64,000 nt of DNA from an uncultured Cytophagaceae bacterium (GTDB lineage: Bacteria; Bacteroidota; Bacteroidia; Cytophagales; Spirosomataceae), in the NCBI GenBank assembly GCA_903933935.1, contig CAIZMB010000106.1:590-64589 (forward strand). The letters are read 5' to 3'. Shown one piece after another: positions 1 through 9,861 of the stretch. The position numbers were made by a program, and so were the translations under genes. The notes under the pieces were generated by a model that ran no database searches, was not told the origin of the DNA, and worked only from the letters and a program-made list of their open reading frames with translations. Positions within the stretch are counted from its first letter, which is position 1, and each line of letters opens with the position of its first letter.

Positions 1-86
1 AAACAGCCTCTTCCTGCCTCATCTAATCCTGCTTCAATCCCTGAAAGTGAAAAATAGGGGAGTAGAATCCCGGTAGTTTTCTTCAT
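1..86 (-). CDS. rnhB: Ribonuclease HII, 5' part only (runs off the window); not in the ORF track
   Basis: Manual translation from ATG at 86: MKKTTGILLPYFSLSGIEAGLDEAGRGC, containing the RNase HII motif GxDEAGRG. Confidence 0.9.
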   Translation of the reverse strand, partial: MKKTTGILLPYFSLSGIEAGLDEAGRGC

Positions 87-166
87 AAATTCGAGCCAAT
101 TAATAAACTTTTGTTGGTGTTTACATAAATATGGGTTAAAATTGAGGAATATTTCGCAATAACCCG

Positions 167-844
167 ATGATGTCTTCGTATTTCAAGTCAATTTTCTTAT
201 TTATTTTATTGGTTCCCATGTGTGTGATGGGGCAAAAATATAAACCAAAAAAGATCTTTCATTTGGAGGCCAAATCAGTTCGATTTAGTGGGGATGGCAC
301 TTCGGGAGAATCTTATTTTTTCAAACCTGCCGTTGAGTTAGGCATAGGTTTACAATATCCAATAACCGCTCGGGCTAGCTTTAGTCCCCAACTTGCATTA
401 TCTCAAAGAGGGTACCACGCCAAAACAAATTTCTCTGATTCTGTTTATGTTGACCGTACTATTTCCTTAAATTACTTGGACTTTAGTCCCAATTTGGAGA
501 TAAAGCTTGGAAGTTTATCAGAATATGGGGGAGGCCTAACGGTGTGGGCTGGTCCTTATTTTGGTGTAGGATTATGGGATAACTCAACGTATGTAAGTAG
601 AGGACCAAATCCATTGAAGCCCACTACATTTGTGACAACCACAACCTCAGGAGAAAGTTTTTCACGCGATTTGAGAAGAGTTGATATGGGTTTCAAAGTA
701 GGCCTTGGAATTGTTTCTCAAAATTTTGTTTCCTTAGGGGTAACGTATCAGACGGGTATTTTAAATATTGCTTCTGGCAGCGGGTCCTTGTACAACCAAT
801 CTTTAGGATTTTACTTGCGCGTCTATTTTGATGACGTTCTTTAA
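167..844 (+). CDS. Outer-membrane beta-barrel protein (PorT/porin family)
   Basis: Signal peptide, alternating amphipathic beta-strands, aromatic-rich C-terminal strand (GFYLRVYF). Confidence 0.65.
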   Translation: MMSSYFKSIFLFILLVPMCVMGQKYKPKKIFHLEAKSVRFSGDGTSGESYFFKPAVELGIGLQYPITARASFSPQLALSQRGYHAKTNFSDSVYVDRTISLNYLDFSPNLEIKLGSLSEYGGGLTVWAGPYFGVGLWDNSTYVSRGPNPLKPTTFVTTTTSGESFSRDLRRVDMGFKVGLGIVSQNFVSLGVTYQTGILNIASGSGSLYNQSLGFYLRVYFDDVL

Positions 845-2184
845 TCTCGATTAAATAGAAGTCTTTTGCCTAATTGACCCATATCAAAATTTCCATTTGA
901 ATAGGCTAAATGTCCTGACACAAATGTGGAATCGATGCTTGCCGAAAATGTTTTGCCTTCTAAAGGAGACCATCCGCATTGAAAATGTAAATTAGATTTC
1001 TCGACTAGGGTAGGATTTTTCAAATCTACAATAGCCAAATCAGCCCAATAACCTTCCCTGATATATCCTCTTTCCTCTATTTGAAAACAGTCGGCCACCG
1101 CATGAGCTGTTTTTTCAGCGATCTTTTCTAAGGTCAAAACCCCTTCTTGGGCTAATTCGAAAAGGATCAAAAGGGGATGTTGTACTAATGGTAAACCCGA
1201 AGGTGCGGACCAATACCCTTGCTGTTTTTCCTCCCAAGTATGTGGCGCATGATCGGTAGCAATAATATCCAACTCACCCGTATTCAATGCTTTGCGCAAA
1301 GCATTTTTGTGTCTAGCATCTTTAATAGCCGGGTTGCACTTAATTAAATTACCCTTTGTTTCATAATCAGAAGCATCAAACCAAAGATGGTGTACGCAAA
1401 CTTCAGCTGTAATTCTTTTATCTTTAACTGGTTTAGTATGGTCAAATAAAGCAAGCTCTTCTTCTGTACTAATATGTAAAATATGTAAGCGCGCGTTGGA
1501 TTTTTTGGCTAAGTCGATGGCCATGGAGGAGGACAAATAACAAGCTTCTTCGTTCCTAATGAGCGGATGTAAATAAGCTGGAGCGTCATCTGCCGGATAT
1601 TTTTCTTTAAACAAAGCTAAACGCGCTCGAACCGTGGCTTCGTCTTCACAATGGGTTGCGATGAGCATCTCACTGCTGGAAAATAATTTTTCGAGGGTTT
1701 GAATATTGTCGACCAACATATTTCCAGTACTTGAGCCCATGAATATTTTAAGCCCGCACACATCTCTTTTGGATGTTTTAAGTACTTCTTCTAAATTATC
1801 ATTGGACGCCCCCATAAAAAAGGAATAATTGGCCAAAGAACTCGCATGCCCTATGTTGTACTTATCGGCTAATAATGTTTGATTAAGCGCATTGGGGACA
1901 GTATTGGGCATTTCCATGAAGCTAGTAACTCCCCCGGCAACCGCTGCGCGCGCTTCCGAAGCAATTCTGGCTTTATGCGTTAATCCAGGCTCTCTAAAAT
2001 GCACTTGGTCATCGATCATTCCTGGAAATATATGTTTTCCAGTCAGGTCCAAGACTTGGTCATCAGCATTGGCGGAAATGGACGGGGCAATTTTATCTAT
2101 TCGGCCCTGTTTGATCCGAATATCTTCCTGAATGATTTTGCCTTCATTGACAATTTGAGCGCCTTTTAATACGTAGCTAGCCAT
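841..2184 (-). CDS. pyrC: Dihydroorotase
   Basis: Motifs IDDQVHFREPG, GGVTSFMEMPNT, KCNPAIK, IATDHAPH. Confidence 0.92.
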   Translation of the reverse strand: MASYVLKGAQIVNEGKIIQEDIRIKQGRIDKIAPSISANADDQVLDLTGKHIFPGMIDDQVHFREPGLTHKARIASEARAAVAGGVTSFMEMPNTVPNALNQTLLADKYNIGHASSLANYSFFMGASNDNLEEVLKTSKRDVCGLKIFMGSSTGNMLVDNIQTLEKLFSSSEMLIATHCEDEATVRARLALFKEKYPADDAPAYLHPLIRNEEACYLSSSMAIDLAKKSNARLHILHISTEEELALFDHTKPVKDKRITAEVCVHHLWFDASDYETKGNLIKCNPAIKDARHKNALRKALNTGELDIIATDHAPHTWEEKQQGYWSAPSGLPLVQHPLLILFELAQEGVLTLEKIAEKTAHAVADCFQIEERGYIREGYWADLAIVDLKNPTLVEKSNLHFQCGWSPLEGKTFSASIDSTFVSGHLAYSNGNFDMGQLGKRLLFNRD

Positions 2185-4174
2185 TTTGTTCAGTGCTTAT
2201 TTTAATAATTTTAAATTCTGTCCGTCTATTTTGTTGATGCATTTCTTCTGGACATTCTACCCCATCCGAACATTCATTGATCAATTGGCTTTCACCGTAC
2301 CCTTTGGGTTTTATCCGATCCGTGGCGATGCCCCGACGAATAATATATTTGACCGCTGATTCAGCCCTTCTTTGCGATAATTTTAAGTTGTAGGGAGTAC
2401 TTGCCCTAGCATCCGTATGGGCACCTAGCTCTAAATTCATTTGTGGATTGTCTGATAGGAATTGGACAATCTTATCTAGCTCTTCTGCCGCATCTGGCCG
2501 GATATCCGCTTTGTCCAAATCATAGTAAATGGAATTGATTTCATACAATTTGGAAATCTCTTTTCCGATCTCCGGTCGGTCCATCGTGATGATTACTTGG
2601 AAAGTTGTATCCGTCATTTCTTTTTTCAATAAAGATTCAGGGATAGTTTTCCCTTCCATAGAGAAGCTAGATCGAACGGTAATAAAATCCTCTTTATCAC
2701 ACTTAAAGACAAGCTCGTCGTTTTCAGCCATATCGATCAATTCAATCAATCCCTTTTTATTGGTTTTTTCATTGGATAGAGTTTGGCCATTTTTGCGCAC
2801 ATTAATTTTAACGGAGTCAATCGGATTTCCGGTTGGATCTACGACTTTAACTTGAACAAAATAATTGACAATTTTCTTATTTAACGTATCAATGACCGGC
2901 GGTGGTGCAGTCGTCCACCAGCGATCTTCAGTGCCAGTAGACTTGAAAAAATAGATGTCGTCATCACCTTTGCCACCAGGCCGATTTGAACTAATGTATC
3001 CTTGGGTAGAATCAGCAAATGAGATCGCAAAGTCATCGCCGATGGAATTGATGGGTACACCTAAATGCTCCACAATAATTTCATTTTCATTTCGGCTAGC
3101 GACAAATAAATCCAAACCTCCAATACTTGGGTGTCCATCTGACGAGAAGTATAATTTCCCATTGGCACTCACATAGGGAAATAATTCATCTCCAGGAGTG
3201 TTAATCGTGGAGCCTAAATTGATCGGTCGGCCAAACCGCCCCGAATTATCGATGGGTACTCGGTATAAATCAACGCCTCCCTTTCCTCCTCTACGATTAG
3301 AACTAAAATACAAGGTTCTCTCATCAGCAGAAAAACTGGGACTTCCATCCCAGGCAAGTGAATCTGAAATGCTAAGTCGCTCGGGCTCGGACCACGTATT
3401 AGCCGTCTTTTTGGAAATATATAAGTCCACATCTGGAGATGGATCTTTACTTTTTCCCGTATTTCCTCTGGCAAAAACAACAGTAGTGCCGTCTTTAGTA
3501 AATGCGGGAGTTCCATCGTTCGCATTCTCTTTAAATAGGGCCGAGCTAAATATGGATTGATTCCCTATTTCTCCAGGATTTTTTAAAGGTGCTTTAACAA
3601 TTCCTAAAAAAGGCAGGCCATTGTTTTTGTAAATCTCAGGTTTAGAGGAACTAGTGAAAATTAATTCGTCCCCTATTTTTTTGGCGTCAAATTCTGTTTT
3701 TGGCGTATTGCCTGTGAGTGCTTGCAACGTTACTGGACTTTGTTTTTTTAACAAATCAGGGATTTGACTTAGGTTTTCTAATTCAATTTCCGACTTAATT
3801 TGATATAAACGGCTAGGTTTTGACTTGACAAATTCATTTAAATAGCTTTTTGTTAATTCATAATTACCGATGGATTTAGCAGAAATAGCCATGTAATATG
3901 GAAGCATTTTGTCCACATAACCTTTAGCTTGTGCTTGTTGGTAATAAGGCAAAGATTGTGTGATCCGATTGGATAGTCGATAAGATTCCCCTAAGAGATA
4001 ATTGGTTTGATCCAATTGGAAACCTTTTTGAGCCAATGGGAGTAATTCCTTAATCGTTAGGTCATATTCCCCTTTATCAAAATGCTTTAACGCTTTTTTA
4101 TTGCTTAATTTATCCGTGTGGCATGAAGTAAAAAAAACGCCCAATAAGAACAAAATCGAATATTTTTTGAACAT
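2177..4174 (-). CDS. TPR/PD40/OmpA-domain lipoprotein (PorE-like); likely start 4174, ORF track 4195
   Basis: Lipobox FTSC, TPR-like N-terminus, PD40 repeats (DGTPAF, DGSPSF, ELFPY), C-terminal OmpA_C domain (AHTDAR, NLKLSQRRA, NRRTEF). Confidence 0.85.
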   Translation of the reverse strand: MFKKYSILFLLGVFFTSCHTDKLSNKKALKHFDKGEYDLTIKELLPLAQKGFQLDQTNYLLGESYRLSNRITQSLPYYQQAQAKGYVDKMLPYYMAISAKSIGNYELTKSYLNEFVKSKPSRLYQIKSEIELENLSQIPDLLKKQSPVTLQALTGNTPKTEFDAKKIGDELIFTSSSKPEIYKNNGLPFLGIVKAPLKNPGEIGNQSIFSSALFKENANDGTPAFTKDGTTVVFARGNTGKSKDPSPDVDLYISKKTANTWSEPERLSISDSLAWDGSPSFSADERTLYFSSNRRGGKGGVDLYRVPIDNSGRFGRPINLGSTINTPGDELFPYVSANGKLYFSSDGHPSIGGLDLFVASRNENEIIVEHLGVPINSIGDDFAISFADSTQGYISSNRPGGKGDDDIYFFKSTGTEDRWWTTAPPPVIDTLNKKIVNYFVQVKVVDPTGNPIDSVKINVRKNGQTLSNEKTNKKGLIELIDMAENDELVFKCDKEDFITVRSSFSMEGKTIPESLLKKEMTDTTFQVIITMDRPEIGKEISKLYEINSIYYDLDKADIRPDAAEELDKIVQFLSDNPQMNLELGAHTDARASTPYNLKLSQRRAESAVKYIIRRGIATDRIKPKGYGESQLINECSDGVECPEEMHQQNRRTEFKIIKISTEQNG

Positions 4175-4213
4175 ATGCGGATTGTAAAATACCATCTATT
4201 TTAAAAGAACTTT

Positions 4214-4254
4214 CAAATGTAATAAGCTATGCTCATTAATTTCATGTAACTTTG
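4214..4254. promoter_or_regulatory. Divergent Bacteroidota sigma-70 -7 elements: TACATTTG (minus, 4214-4221) and TAACTTTG (plus, 4247-4254)
   Basis: Both match TAnnTTTG and lie upstream of the PorE-like gene and rluB respectively. Confidence 0.65.
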
Positions 4255-4318
4255 CAGAAATTTAGAAAATAATAAGGCTCAAGGCTTTATACAATCCAGC
4301 AGTGATGTTGCACATTTT

Positions 4319-6085
4319 ATGAGAAAAAGAATCGAAAAGGACGACATTCGTCGTTCAGAATCCACACGCAAGTTTTCAGGTCCAAGTAACGGGGGCTCAT
4401 CAGACAGAAAACCAACCAAAAATTTTACAGATCGGAGTACCGGAATTAAGCCAACGAGCGATCGGGGCGGAAGATCTGAGTTTCGTTCATCGGAGCCTAG
4501 AGCTTTTGACGGACCCAAAAGAGAATTTTCGGGCGACCGTGAGCGCAAGCCATATAATACGGAACGTAAGCCTTATGCTGGGGATCGACCAAGCAGACCA
4601 TATCAAGGTGGAGATTCAAATTCAGAAAGCCGACCACGTAGGGAATTTGATGGACCCAAAAGAGAATTTTCAGGAGACCGCGCGCGCAAGCCATACAATA
4701 CGGAACGTAAACCTTATTCAGGGGATCGACCAAGCAGACCATATCAAGGAGGCGATTCAAATTCAGAAAGTCGACCACGTAGGGAATTTGATGGACCCAA
4801 AAGAGAATTTTCAGGCGACCGCGCGCGCAAGCCTTATAATAAGCCATACTCATCAGACAGAACACCAAATTCTGGAGAAAGAAATAGAGAGTCAAGACCA
4901 TATCAAGGAGGCGATTCAAATTCAGAAAGCCGCCCTCGTCGGGAATTTGACGGACCCAAAAGAGAATTTTCTGGAAACCGCGAGCGTAAGCCTTTTAACC
5001 CGGAGCGAAAACCATATGCTGGAGATCGACCTAACAGAACTTTTCAAGGAGGTGAATTAAATTCAGATAGCAGACCAAGCAGCGAGTTTGATGGTCCTAA
5101 AAGAGAATTTCCCGAAGACCGCGAACGTAAGCCTTTTCAATCTGATAGGTCAGAGAGCGAGCGTCCAAAAAGAGTATTTGACAGAGAAAAATCGGATGAT
5201 TCATCTAAGGATTTTCGGGAAGCACCTACGGGTAAGTTTTCAAAGAGAGATACGTTTAAGAGCAGAAATAGGTATGAGGAGAGTCCAGCACATACGCCAC
5301 AATACAAATTAGATCGATTTAAAGAAAAAGCGCCTGCTAAAATTCAAAGGAGAATTAGAGAGGTTGAAAGTAAAAGTGACATGGTTCGCTTAAATAGATA
5401 TATCGCGAATGCCGGAATTTGTTCTCGTCGTGATGCTGATAAATTGATCGAGGCGGGTGAAATTAAAGTAAACAACAAAGTAATTACTGAGATGGGCTAT
5501 CAAGTGGCTCCTACGGATATTGTAAAATATGGCAATCGGAAATTGAATCGTGAAAAACCAGTCTATGTTTTATTGAATAAACCTAAAGATTTTTTAACAA
5601 CCACAGAAGACCCGAACGATCGCAAAACGGTTATGGAATTAGTTAAAAATGCAGGTGATGCGCGTATTTATCCAGTAGGAAGATTAGACCGCAATACGAC
5701 GGGTTTAATCTTATTATCAAATGATGGCGAATTAGCTGACCGATTGACTCACCCGTCTCATGAGATTGAAAAAATTTACCAAGCAGAGTTAGATAAGCCT
5801 TTGACCGATGATGATTTCGAAAAAATCAAGGCGGGATTAACCCTAGAGGATGGTGAAATCAAAGTGGATGATTTAGCTAAAGTTACTCCTGATGGTTACG
5901 TGATAGGCGTTAAAATTCACTCAGGGAAAAACCGAATTGTTCGAAGAATATTTGAACATTTAGGTTATGAGGTGACTAAATTAGATCGAACAACCTTTGC
6001 GGGCTTGACTAAAAAAGATTTGCCTAGAGGTCACTGGAGGTATTTGACAGAACGAGAACTCGTTAAACTGAAGTACTTCTTATAA
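4319..6085 (+). CDS. rluB: rRNA pseudouridine synthase, RluB/RsuA family, with a long repetitive N-terminal extension
   Basis: S4 domain (RLNRYIANAGICSRRDAD), catalytic GRLDRNTTG, GKNRIVRR. Confidence 0.88.
   Translation: MRKRIEKDDIRRSESTRKFSGPSNGGSSDRKPTKNFTDRSTGIKPTSDRGGRSEFRSSEPRAFDGPKREFSGDRERKPYNTERKPYAGDRPSRPYQGGDSNSESRPRREFDGPKREFSGDRARKPYNTERKPYSGDRPSRPYQGGDSNSESRPRREFDGPKREFSGDRARKPYNKPYSSDRTPNSGERNRESRPYQGGDSNSESRPRREFDGPKREFSGNRERKPFNPERKPYAGDRPNRTFQGGELNSDSRPSSEFDGPKREFPEDRERKPFQSDRSESERPKRVFDREKSDDSSKDFREAPTGKFSKRDTFKSRNRYEESPAHTPQYKLDRFKEKAPAKIQRRIREVESKSDMVRLNRYIANAGICSRRDADKLIEAGEIKVNNKVITEMGYQVAPTDIVKYGNRKLNREKPVYVLLNKPKDFLTTTEDPNDRKTVMELVKNAGDARIYPVGRLDRNTTGLILLSNDGELADRLTHPSHEIEKIYQAELDKPLTDDDFEKIKAGLTLEDGEIKVDDLAKVTPDGYVIGVKIHSGKNRIVRRIFEHLGYEVTKLDRTTFAGLTKKDLPRGHWRYLTERELVKLKYFL
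4505..5160 (+). repeat. In-frame tandem repeat, ~141 nt (47 aa), five copies, within rluB
   Basis: FDGPKREF units start at 4505, 4646, 4787, 4946 and 5087 (spacings 141, 141, 159, 141). Confidence 0.95.
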
Positions 6086-6087
6086 AC

Positions 6088-6118
6088 AAAAAAGGCCTGA
6101 AATTCCAGGCCTTTTTTT
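6088..6118. terminator. Bidirectional intrinsic terminator between rluB and the AraC gene
   Basis: AAAAAAGGCCTG-aaattc-CAGGCCTTTTTT. Confidence 0.9.
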
Positions 6119-6136
6119 ATGCTTACATGATTGAAT

Positions 6137-7063
6137 TTAAATATTCATCAATGATTCACGACGTCTCATTTTACCTGCAGGAATACCAAACATCATCTTA
6201 AATCTTCTACAAAAATAAGCGGTGTCTTTATATCCTACTTCAGAACCTATGGCGCGAATGGATTTTTTAGTAGTACGTAAAAGTCCCACAGCAGCTTCCA
6301 TTCTTTGATATTCAATGTAGTCCTGAGGATTAATTCCGGTCAACATTTTAAAATATTGTCCTACATAATCTTCAGATACGTTGGCCACATTGGCTAATAC
6401 TTTATTTGACAAATCTCCACCGATATGATCCTTAATGTAAGCGAAAATGTCAATTAACCTCGGATCTTTAAAATAGGTGCTATTGGTGGCCAGTTGCTCA
6501 ACAAACAATCTATTTTGAATGATATAGCGAATAACTTCAATAACAATTTCCTCCGTTTTGATTTTGATTATCCGACCTTTCCCAATTTCATCCGACATAT
6601 CCTCAAGGAGAATTTCTTTGATGGTTTGAGCCAACTTCTCATCTTTCTTAATTAAAAATGGAGGGATGTCTAGGGATGTAAAGAAATTAACGGAATCAAA
6701 AACCTTGGCTTCAAAAGCGACCATTCCAAATGAATTTTCAAGTCTACCAATGGCGCTTGAATCATTATTTTGGTCAAAGTAAAGCTCACGATGCGTCATA
6801 AACTCTTCATTATTTACCGCTTTAGGTTTTTCTGCATTACCATAAGTAACGCTGATCATTTTGCCACCCGGAATAAAAAGCATATCGCCCTCTTCAACTT
6901 GGGTTTCTTCCTCACCAAATGAAACTTCACCTTTGTACAATATCAAGAGCGAGTTTTCAACATCATAATAATTTTTTATTCGGATAGGTTGTAATATTCT
7001 AATGTTTCTAGCCTTGATAAATTTTACTCCTAAGGACTCAATAATCTTGTTATAATCTTCCAT
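6137..7063 (-). CDS. AraC-family transcriptional regulator; likely start 7063, ORF track 7084
   Basis: N-terminal cupin-like region; C-terminal double HTH (FKMLTGINP, VGYKDTAYFCRRFK). Confidence 0.9.
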   Translation of the reverse strand: MEDYNKIIESLGVKFIKARNIRILQPIRIKNYYDVENSLLILYKGEVSFGEEETQVEEGDMLFIPGGKMISVTYGNAEKPKAVNNEEFMTHRELYFDQNNDSSAIGRLENSFGMVAFEAKVFDSVNFFTSLDIPPFLIKKDEKLAQTIKEILLEDMSDEIGKGRIIKIKTEEIVIEVIRYIIQNRLFVEQLATNSTYFKDPRLIDIFAYIKDHIGGDLSNKVLANVANVSEDYVGQYFKMLTGINPQDYIEYQRMEAAVGLLRTTKKSIRAIGSEVGYKDTAYFCRRFKMMFGIPAGKMRRRESLMNI

Positions 7064-7327
7064 TTTCGTATGTTTTATCGTCAATTATTACGATTTTCTT
7101 AATTTAACTTGGACAAAACTAATAAATCAATGAATAAATCCAAATTATTTTTTAAAAAATAGTCTTTTTTTCTAATATATTTTACCCGATTTTATTGTAA
7201 TATACCTATAAGTATGCTTTTTTGATTCTGTAAAATTTCAAAAAGGAAGTGCCAGGTATTTTTATAATTATTTTTAGGATACCCATATTTTTAATTTAAA
7301 ATAAATAATTAGCTCATAATTTATCCG

Positions 7328-7335
7328 TAAATTTG
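7328..7335 (+). promoter_or_regulatory. -7 promoter element upstream of mreB
   Basis: TAAATTTG, 50 nt before the ATG. Confidence 0.6.
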
Positions 7336-7384
7336 AAACTTGTGGATTTACAATCCAGCTTAAATCCAATAATTATACTAAATC

Positions 7385-8410
7385 ATGGGATTATTTAATT
7401 TTCTTACGAAGGATATCGCGATTGACTTAGGTACTGCAAATACCTTAATCATTCATAAGGATCAGGTGGTGGTAGATGAACCATCTATTATTGCATTAGA
7501 CAGAAACACAAATAAAGTGTTGGCTGTTGGTCGACAAGCGATGATGATGCATGAAAAAACCAATGACAATATTAAGACGATTCGGCCTTTGAAGGATGGT
7601 GTCATTGCGGATTTTACAGCTGCTGAATTAATGATGCGCGGATTGATCAAGATGATGGATAAGGGGAATTCGTTTTTTTCTCCAGCTTTACGGATGGTTA
7701 TTTGTATTCCTTCTGGGATTACAGAAGTTGAAAAAAGAGCGGTAAAGGATTCGGCTGAGCATGCGGGCGCGCGTGAAGTTTATATGGTGCATGAGCCAAT
7801 TGCTGCCGCGATTGGAATTGGAATTGACATTGAACAACCCAATGGATCACTTGTGGTTGATATAGGTGGAGGTACCACAGAGGTTGCGATTATTTCATTG
7901 AGTGGAATTGTTGTTGAAAACTCAATTCGTGTGGCTGGAGATGAATTTACGAGAGATATAAAAGATTATTTATTGCGGGAGCATAAATTAGTCATTGGAG
8001 AAAGGTCCGCTGAGCAGATTAAAATTCAGGTGGGTGCGGCATTGCCAGAATTAGAAAATGCACCACCTGATTTTGAGATTAGGGGTCGTGATCAAATGAC
8101 TGGTATTCCAAAGGAGATTTTAATTAATTATTCTGAAATAGCATATGCATTGGATAGTTCAATCACGAAGATTGAAGTAGCTATTATGGAAACTTTACAA
8201 AGAGCTCCTGCCGAATTATCGGGGGATATTTTTCATAATGGAATTCATTTAGCCGGTGGGGGTGCCATGTTACATGGTTTGGATAAGAGAATTGAGAAGA
8301 AAACCCAATTGAAAGTGCATGTGGCGGATGATCCTTTAAAGGCTGTTGTACGCGGTACGGGTGAAATTCTTAAAAATCTTGACAAGTATAGAGCGGTTTT
8401 AATTACTTAA
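7385..8410 (+). CDS. mreB: Rod shape-determining protein MreB
   Basis: IAIDLGTANT, VDIGGGTT, LAGGGA. Confidence 0.97.
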   Translation: MGLFNFLTKDIAIDLGTANTLIIHKDQVVVDEPSIIALDRNTNKVLAVGRQAMMMHEKTNDNIKTIRPLKDGVIADFTAAELMMRGLIKMMDKGNSFFSPALRMVICIPSGITEVEKRAVKDSAEHAGAREVYMVHEPIAAAIGIGIDIEQPNGSLVVDIGGGTTEVAIISLSGIVVENSIRVAGDEFTRDIKDYLLREHKLVIGERSAEQIKIQVGAALPELENAPPDFEIRGRDQMTGIPKEILINYSEIAYALDSSITKIEVAIMETLQRAPAELSGDIFHNGIHLAGGGAMLHGLDKRIEKKTQLKVHVADDPLKAVVRGTGEILKNLDKYRAVLIT

Positions 8411-8437
8411 TTTCTTCCTTTAAATTTTAGTTTTGGC

Positions 8438-9277
8438 ATGAATCAATTGTTTCAATTCCTTATTCGACAAAGGATTATTCTTTTGTTTGTTCTATTGGAG
8501 TTGATTAATGTTTGGTCTATTTTCAAATACGATGATTTTCAACATGTCATTTATTTGAACACCACAAATCGCTGGGCTGCTTCCTTATTAGCTACAAGTC
8601 GAGAAATAAAAACCTATCATCATTTGGGGGAAGTTAATCAGGAGCTCGCTTTAGAAAATACTCGATTAAGGCAGGAGATTTTCAAATTAAATTCCATAAA
8701 GCAGCCAGAAAGCAAAGTTCCTTATTTTGTTAGCGCTGCCATGTTAAATCGGTATACGCCGGTGGCAAGTAAGGTGATCGATCAAAGTACTCAAATGTCG
8801 CAGAATTATTTGACCATAGACAAAGGTTTAATGGATGGAATCAAGCCGGGTATGGCGGTAATTTCGTCCACTGGCGTGGTTGGGAAGGTAATGTCTTGTA
8901 CATCAAATTTATCTTTAGTGGTCTCGGTATTGCACATTGAAAATAATGTTTCGGCAAAAATTAAATCTACTGGTGAATTAGGGTACATTAAATGGCCTGG
9001 TATTCAAACAGAAGTGGTGGAAATGATGGATGTTTCCAAATATAAAAAGGTAATGAAGGGTGATACCATTGTTACTTCAGATTACAATGTGGTGTTTCCT
9101 CCTAATATTCCAATTGGCATTGTCGCAAAAGTTGGTCTCGAAAAAGATGAAACATTTCATCAAATTAAAGTGATGTTGTTAACCAATTTCTCGACGTTAA
9201 AGTATGTGTATGTGATCAAAAATCACCTGTTGGACCAACAATTAAAGTTGGAAACTTTAAAACCTAAGCCTGAATAA
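8438..9277 (+). CDS. mreC: Rod shape-determining protein MreC
   Basis: N-terminal TM, coiled coil, IDKG..GI..GMAV...GVVG, GDTIVTS...FP..IPIG; follows mreB. Confidence 0.92.
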   Translation: MNQLFQFLIRQRIILLFVLLELINVWSIFKYDDFQHVIYLNTTNRWAASLLATSREIKTYHHLGEVNQELALENTRLRQEIFKLNSIKQPESKVPYFVSAAMLNRYTPVASKVIDQSTQMSQNYLTIDKGLMDGIKPGMAVISSTGVVGKVMSCTSNLSLVVSVLHIENNVSAKIKSTGELGYIKWPGIQTEVVEMMDVSKYKKVMKGDTIVTSDYNVVFPPNIPIGIVAKVGLEKDETFHQIKVMLLTNFSTLKYVYVIKNHLLDQQLKLETLKPKPE

Positions 9278-9278
9278 T

Positions 9279-9788
9279 ATGGGTAATTCATTTCAAATTA
9301 AATGGATTTTTATTGTTTTATTTAGCCTTGTTACACAGGTTTTTATTTTACGAGATGTGGCGTTAGCTAACGTGGCCTTTTGTTTTATTTATCTTTGGAT
9401 CATTTTAAAAGCTCCTATTCATACGCCATTATTTTATTTAATTATTGGCGGTTTTATTATAGGCTGGGTCGTAGATATATTTTATAATACGTATGGGATT
9501 CATTCCTTAGCCACCGTATTTATTGCGTTTTTAAGACCAGTATTCTTTAAAGTGCTAACACCGGTGAATGGCTATGACGAGCGATCTAGTGTTTCACTGA
9601 GTGAAATGAAAGCTTTATGGTTCTTCCCATACATTTTTGTTATGCTTTTCTCACACCACCTGATCTTATTTCTAGTGGAATCTGCCGATGCTACTTTATT
9701 GATGTACAGTCTACTCAGAGCTTTCGCCAGTGCTATTTTAGGCACATTGGTTTTCGGAATGCTTGAATTATTCAATCAAAAAAACTAG
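9279..9788 (+). CDS. mreD: Rod shape-determining protein MreD
   Basis: Polytopic membrane protein with DIFYNTYGIHS motif; follows mreC. Confidence 0.85.
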   Translation: MGNSFQIKWIFIVLFSLVTQVFILRDVALANVAFCFIYLWIILKAPIHTPLFYLIIGGFIIGWVVDIFYNTYGIHSLATVFIAFLRPVFFKVLTPVNGYDERSSVSLSEMKALWFFPYIFVMLFSHHLILFLVESADATLLMYSLLRAFASAILGTLVFGMLELFNQKN

Positions 9789-9861
9789 GTCTTTTTGTCA
9801 CGTTGATTTTTGGCTTCATAATTGCAATTAGGGTTGTTTCGTAAATTTTACGAATAAATTC

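Noticed and set aside
4497-5312. Alternative-frame ORFs (4506-5060 +, 4497-4919 -, 5088-5312 +) and a CRISPR-like look of the rluB repeats
   Set aside because: The whole 141-nt unit repeats, so there are no unique spacers, and no cas genes are present. The other frames stay open only because the unit lacks stops in them.
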